Made by a program: the position numbers and the translations under genes. Below, one piece after another: positions 60,512 to 64,000 of a stretch of DNA of 64,000 nucleotides (positions are counted from its first letter, which is position 1; every line of letters starts with the position of its first letter). A model generated the notes under the pieces. That model had not been told where the DNA came from, ran no database searches, and saw only the letters and a program-made list of their open reading frames with translations. Source of the DNA: Dictyostelium discoideum (taxonomy: Eukaryota); contig CM000154.2 in assembly GCA_000004695.1 (NCBI GenBank), positions 3,808,001 to 3,872,000 on the forward strand. The letters run 5' to 3'.

Positions 60512-62914
60512 ATGATATACTCTATTTTAATTTTAATTTTAATATTATATATACAATATTCTAATGGATCTGATTGTTCATATTTTGACAATGGGAGAAA
60601 TACTTTATATGACTTGAAATCCTTTTTTTATTATCCGTAAATATTAATATTTAAAATTTTTTTTCCTATTCTTACTAACCTGATTTATTATAAATTTAAA
60701 AATATTCAAATAGAAATGGTACTATGTATGTATATTTTTTATCTTTATATAAATTTCTATTTTTATATTAATTTTTTTTTTTTTTTTTAAAAAAGCTTTA
60801 AAGAGTTTTATAGATCCCATACTATGTTAGGTAACTGGGATATTACTTTTAATTTATGTGCTGAACATCAATTGAGTATTTGTAATGGAACAGTAAAATA
60901 TGCATGTCAAACAAATTATGGACCTGATGGGTTTTTTTTGGATGAATATGATTTAGGAAGTTTAAATAAAACAAATTTCATCGATGATGGTGTTATATTA
61001 ACATATAGAGGGTATATAAGTCCTAACTCCACCAGAGGAACGTGTACAGAAGGTGCATATGAAGTAAACTATAGAATTACCGATTTTAATTTATTGTGTG
61101 ATAAGGGTGTTGACAATCTTGATGTTTCAAATGTAATTCAACCAATTGGTTGTTTTTATAATGTTACTCTTAAAAGTAAAAAATTTTGTGAATGTTCATT
61201 GCAATGTAGCCCTCCACATGGTAAATGTGTTAATGGTGAATGTGTTTGTGATCAATTTTCAAATGGAACATTTTGTGAATACTTGATAATTATTTTTGAT
61301 TCTGTTATAAATACTACAATTAATGGTGGAATAGGGTATATCCATTTCAGTAATTTTTCATTGGATTCTCCAATATTCCAATTAAAACTTGGTGATGTTT
61401 ATTGTAATGATGTCATATTATTAAACAGTTCAACAATTCAATTTTCAATTGGTCCTGGTATTGGTATTTACAATGTTGAAATTATTAATGGAAATTCTTC
61501 ATATTTGTCTCTTAATTCATTTGCATACCAATGTAATACTGATTGCTCTCCTCCCCATGGTAAATGCGATTTAATACTTGGAAGTTGTTCATGTGATACT
61601 CAAACTAATGGAACAAATTGTGAAAATTCAAAATTGTTTTTAAATAATATTGACCCAACTGATGAAAATGGTGGTACAACTTATTTATATGGTTATTTTG
61701 GAAATACAACTTCTAATTTATCAATAATGATTGGAGATAACTATTGTATGAATATTGAACAAATAAATGAAACATTAATTAAATGCGACGTTGGAAAGGG
61801 TTCTGGTTTTAAAGATGTGATTTTAAAAGATAGAGATTTAATAGTACATGTTTTGAATTTATTTCAATACTTTAAACCAATAACAACAAACCCACCAAAA
61901 CGATGTATTGGTAATTGTGGTGCTCCAAATAATGGAATTTGTACTTCTACAGGTTGTATGTGTATTTCACCATGGATAGGTAATGACTGTAAATCTAAAA
62001 TTATTTCAATTCCTCAACCATCATTAAATTATTCGAATCCAGTTACAGACATACAATTGATTGACAATAAGGTAGATACTAAACTATTCCGTTCACTAGT
62101 ATCAATTGTAAAATTAAGAGAATTAGATTTCCAGTCTAAACAAGTGAATTCATTTACATTTATAGAATGGGAATATTATAAAATTAATGAATCAACAAAT
62201 CAATATAAATCAAATATTACAAATTTAGGTTTAACTACTTTTATTAATGTAACTTTACAATGGTTTGAAAATGAAACTAATGTTGAATTTTCAAATCAAA
62301 ATATTAAAATGAACCCTTCATCAATTAAATATACAATTGAAATTTCTGAATATAAATTCAGCAGTAACTTAAATCAATTACAATTAGTAATGATGGCTTC
62401 ATTGTCTATTAATAAAACAAATGATATTTGTTCAAATAAAGAGTTTAGTGAAACTTCAAGTGGTGATGATTCAAATTATTTAAAAATTCAAATTGATGAT
62501 CATTCTTTATATGGTAGATTTATAAAAAGAGCATTAATTGATTCAATTCCAAGATCAATTGATAATGTTCCTTTGGACTCTTCAATGAATCAAGTTGATA
62601 ATGCTTCTTTGTCTCAATCATATATTGGTATTTCAGTTCCTTATTTTAAAAAACAAATAATAATTGATCCTGATTTTTCAGTACTTCTCAGTTCATCTGA
62701 TTCTTTCAAATCTGAATCTTCAATTTGTTCATTTAATAAAGAATCAAAATTTTCAGGTGGATTAATTTCAGCAATAGTTTTATGTAGTTTTTTTGTATTT
62801 GCAAGTTTAGTAACAATGGCTGTATATAGCTATTATAAAAAAAGATATGACAGAAATATAGTAAAAGAAATTCAATTAAAATTATCTAAAAGACAAGTTG
62901 ATATATATATGTAA
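60512..62914 (+). CDS. EGF-like/IPT-TIG-like repeat single-pass transmembrane protein (Tgr-like), copy 2, ~748 aa; 2 exons: join(60512..60636,60796..62914)
   Basis: Exon 1 MIYSILILILILYIQYSNGSDCSYFDNGRNTLYDLKSFFYY + donor GTAAAT. Exon 2 (P)FKEFYRSHTMLGNWDITFNLCAEHQ…. Same architecture as copy 1 but with only two CSPPHGKC EGF/TIG modules (one module fewer), then the nearly identical C-terminal ~450 aa including TM and tail. Ends …KLSKRQVDIYM; copy 1 ends 5 codons earlier (AGG TAA vs AGA CAA). Confidence 0.7.
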
Positions 62915-63495
62915 AAAAATTATTAAAAATTATCCTCTCTTTTTTTCTTTTATATTGATCTGTTTTTGGTTTAATTTATTTATTTAATTTTAAAGTATGA
63001 TCCTATACTATTATTTGGTTTATAACCTAATATAAAAATTATAAAAATCATCTTAATAAATAAATAAATTTAATCCACACTATGATTATAACTGTTTTCT
63101 TAAAAAAATTTTCTCTATTTTCTTAATTTTTATTTTTGTTTTTATATATAATGATTGTGTTCATGTTAATTTTATAATGGATATTAAAAACTCGCCCACG
63201 CATGTGAGAAAAGTCTAATTATAGATTTTTGCAAAGTGAGCATTTTACCTTTTACACAATTGTTACATAGACACTTATATTACAAAACCATAAATAAGAA
63301 AATAAAACTTTTTATTGATTTAATCTGACCATTCGGTTTTTTTAGTCTATTTTTTGGTTTATTTTTTTGACCATTTTTAACAAAAGTCCAACCCAATGGC
63401 TTTAAAATCTAAATTTAATCCACCAATCAATTTTATTCTTTTTTTTCTTTATTATTATTTTTAAAAAAAATTAAAACGTAGAAGAAAAAAAAAAG

Positions 63496-63530
<35 letters not shown>

Positions 63531-63685
63531 TATTATTTTTTAACAGTTTGTAATGATTAAATATTTTTAATTTTAATTTTGATATTCAATACAACATTCT
63601 AATGGATCTGATTGTTCATATTTTGACAATGTTAGAAATACTTTTTATGACTTGAAATCCTTTTTTTATTATTATATCCCAATCC

Positions 63686-64000
63686 ATGTACGATAGATGG
63701 AATATTTATTTTAATCTATGCTCTGAACACAAAATAGGTATTTGTAATGGAACAGCAAAATATGCATGCCAAACAAAATATGATTCTAATTGGGATATTC
63801 AGGATGTAAATGATTTAGGAAGTTTAAATAAAACAAATTTCATGGATGATGGTGTTACATTAACATATAGAGGTTATATAAGTCCCGATTCCCCTAGAGG
63901 ATGGTGTTCAGAAGGTGCATATGAAATAAGCTTTCTAATTACCAATTTTAATTTATTGTGTGATAAAGGTGTTGACAATGTTGATGTATCAGAGGCAAAA
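63686..64000 (+). CDS. Tgr-like copy 3, 3' truncated by window end; 5' end degenerate (signal exon disrupted, intron lost) - possible pseudogene or N-terminally altered paralog
   Basis: The region homologous to exon 1 reads ATG ATT AAA TAT TTT TAA (stop after 5 codons) because of a deletion relative to copies 1 and 2, and the first intron is absent. The first usable ATG is at 63686 (MYDRWNIYFNLCSEHKIGICNGTAKYACQTKYDSNWDIQDVNDLGSLNKTNFMDDGVTLTYRGYISPDSPRGW…). That gives no signal peptide. The frame stays open to the window end. Confidence 0.4.
   Translation, partial: MYDRWNIYFNLCSEHKIGICNGTAKYACQTKYDSNWDIQDVNDLGSLNKTNFMDDGVTLTYRGYISPDSPRGWCSEGAYEISFLITNFNLLCDKGVDNVDVSEAK

Larger units (their letters stand above)
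56880..64000. repeat. tandem segmental duplication: about 2.2 copies of a ~3.2-kb unit (promoter + signal-peptide mini-exon + intron + large exon of a Tgr-like gene)
   Basis: The conserved intergenic block (…ggtcttttttttt…aaaaatggctttaaaatc.aaat…ccaccaa…) recurs at ~56890-57000, ~60180-60310 and ~63330-63440. The exon-1/intron/exon-2 organisation repeats at 57108, 60512 and ~63560. Coding regions are ~85-95% identical at the nucleotide level by eye. Confidence 0.7.

Overview
This window looks like Dictyostelium-type (social amoeba) nuclear DNA. The AT content is extreme, poly-A/T tracts and (AAT)n microsatellites are everywhere, the coding regions carry poly-Asn/Gln/Ser runs, and the introns are short, AT-rich and GT..AG-bounded. 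There are no prokaryotic features (no CRISPR, no operons). Introns and homologies were worked out by hand from the sequence and the ORF track. Several ORF-track 'M' starts are really TTG or GTG codons, so true starts were re-derived where possible. I can support about 25 protein-coding genes, one tRNA-Met(CAT) with a downstream ex-B box, one 100-N assembly gap, and many microsatellites. The genes, in order along the window:
- a 5'-partial B-box zinc-finger protein
- a GH35 beta-galactosidase
- an Asn-rich hypothetical protein
- ARV1
- an Mpv17/PMP22 peroxisomal-type membrane protein
- Hsp110 (Hsp88-like, 772 aa, 1 intron)
- a 956-aa Ser/Asn-rich hypothetical protein
- two tandem patatin-like phospholipase genes (the second carries an in-frame stop)
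- NPL4
- choline-phosphate cytidylyltransferase
- a Gln-rich coiled-coil protein
- an F-BAR + RhoGAP protein
- an ACBD6-like acyl-CoA-binding/ankyrin protein
- a CPA2-family cation/H+ antiporter
- an 851-aa poly-Asn protein paralogous to the 956-aa protein
- an RMI2-like OB-fold protein
- EFR3 (6 exons)
- a NUDT19-like Nudix hydrolase
- a DGAT2-family acyltransferase, plus a degenerate partial duplicate of its 3' end fused to a GC-richer segment
- RNase P subunit Rpp21
- a 1129-aa Ser/Thr-rich type-I membrane glycoprotein
- a tandem array of at least three paralogous EGF/TIG-like single-pass membrane protein genes (Tgr-like), with the third copy 5'-degenerate and cut by the window end.
The most interesting structures are the tandem Tgr-like array with upstream G/T-rich box, the patatin pair with one copy disrupted and a shared upstream motif, the DGAT2 partial duplication/GC-rich junction, the tRNA-Met locus with ex-B box, and a perfect 48-bp palindrome in a divergent promoter.
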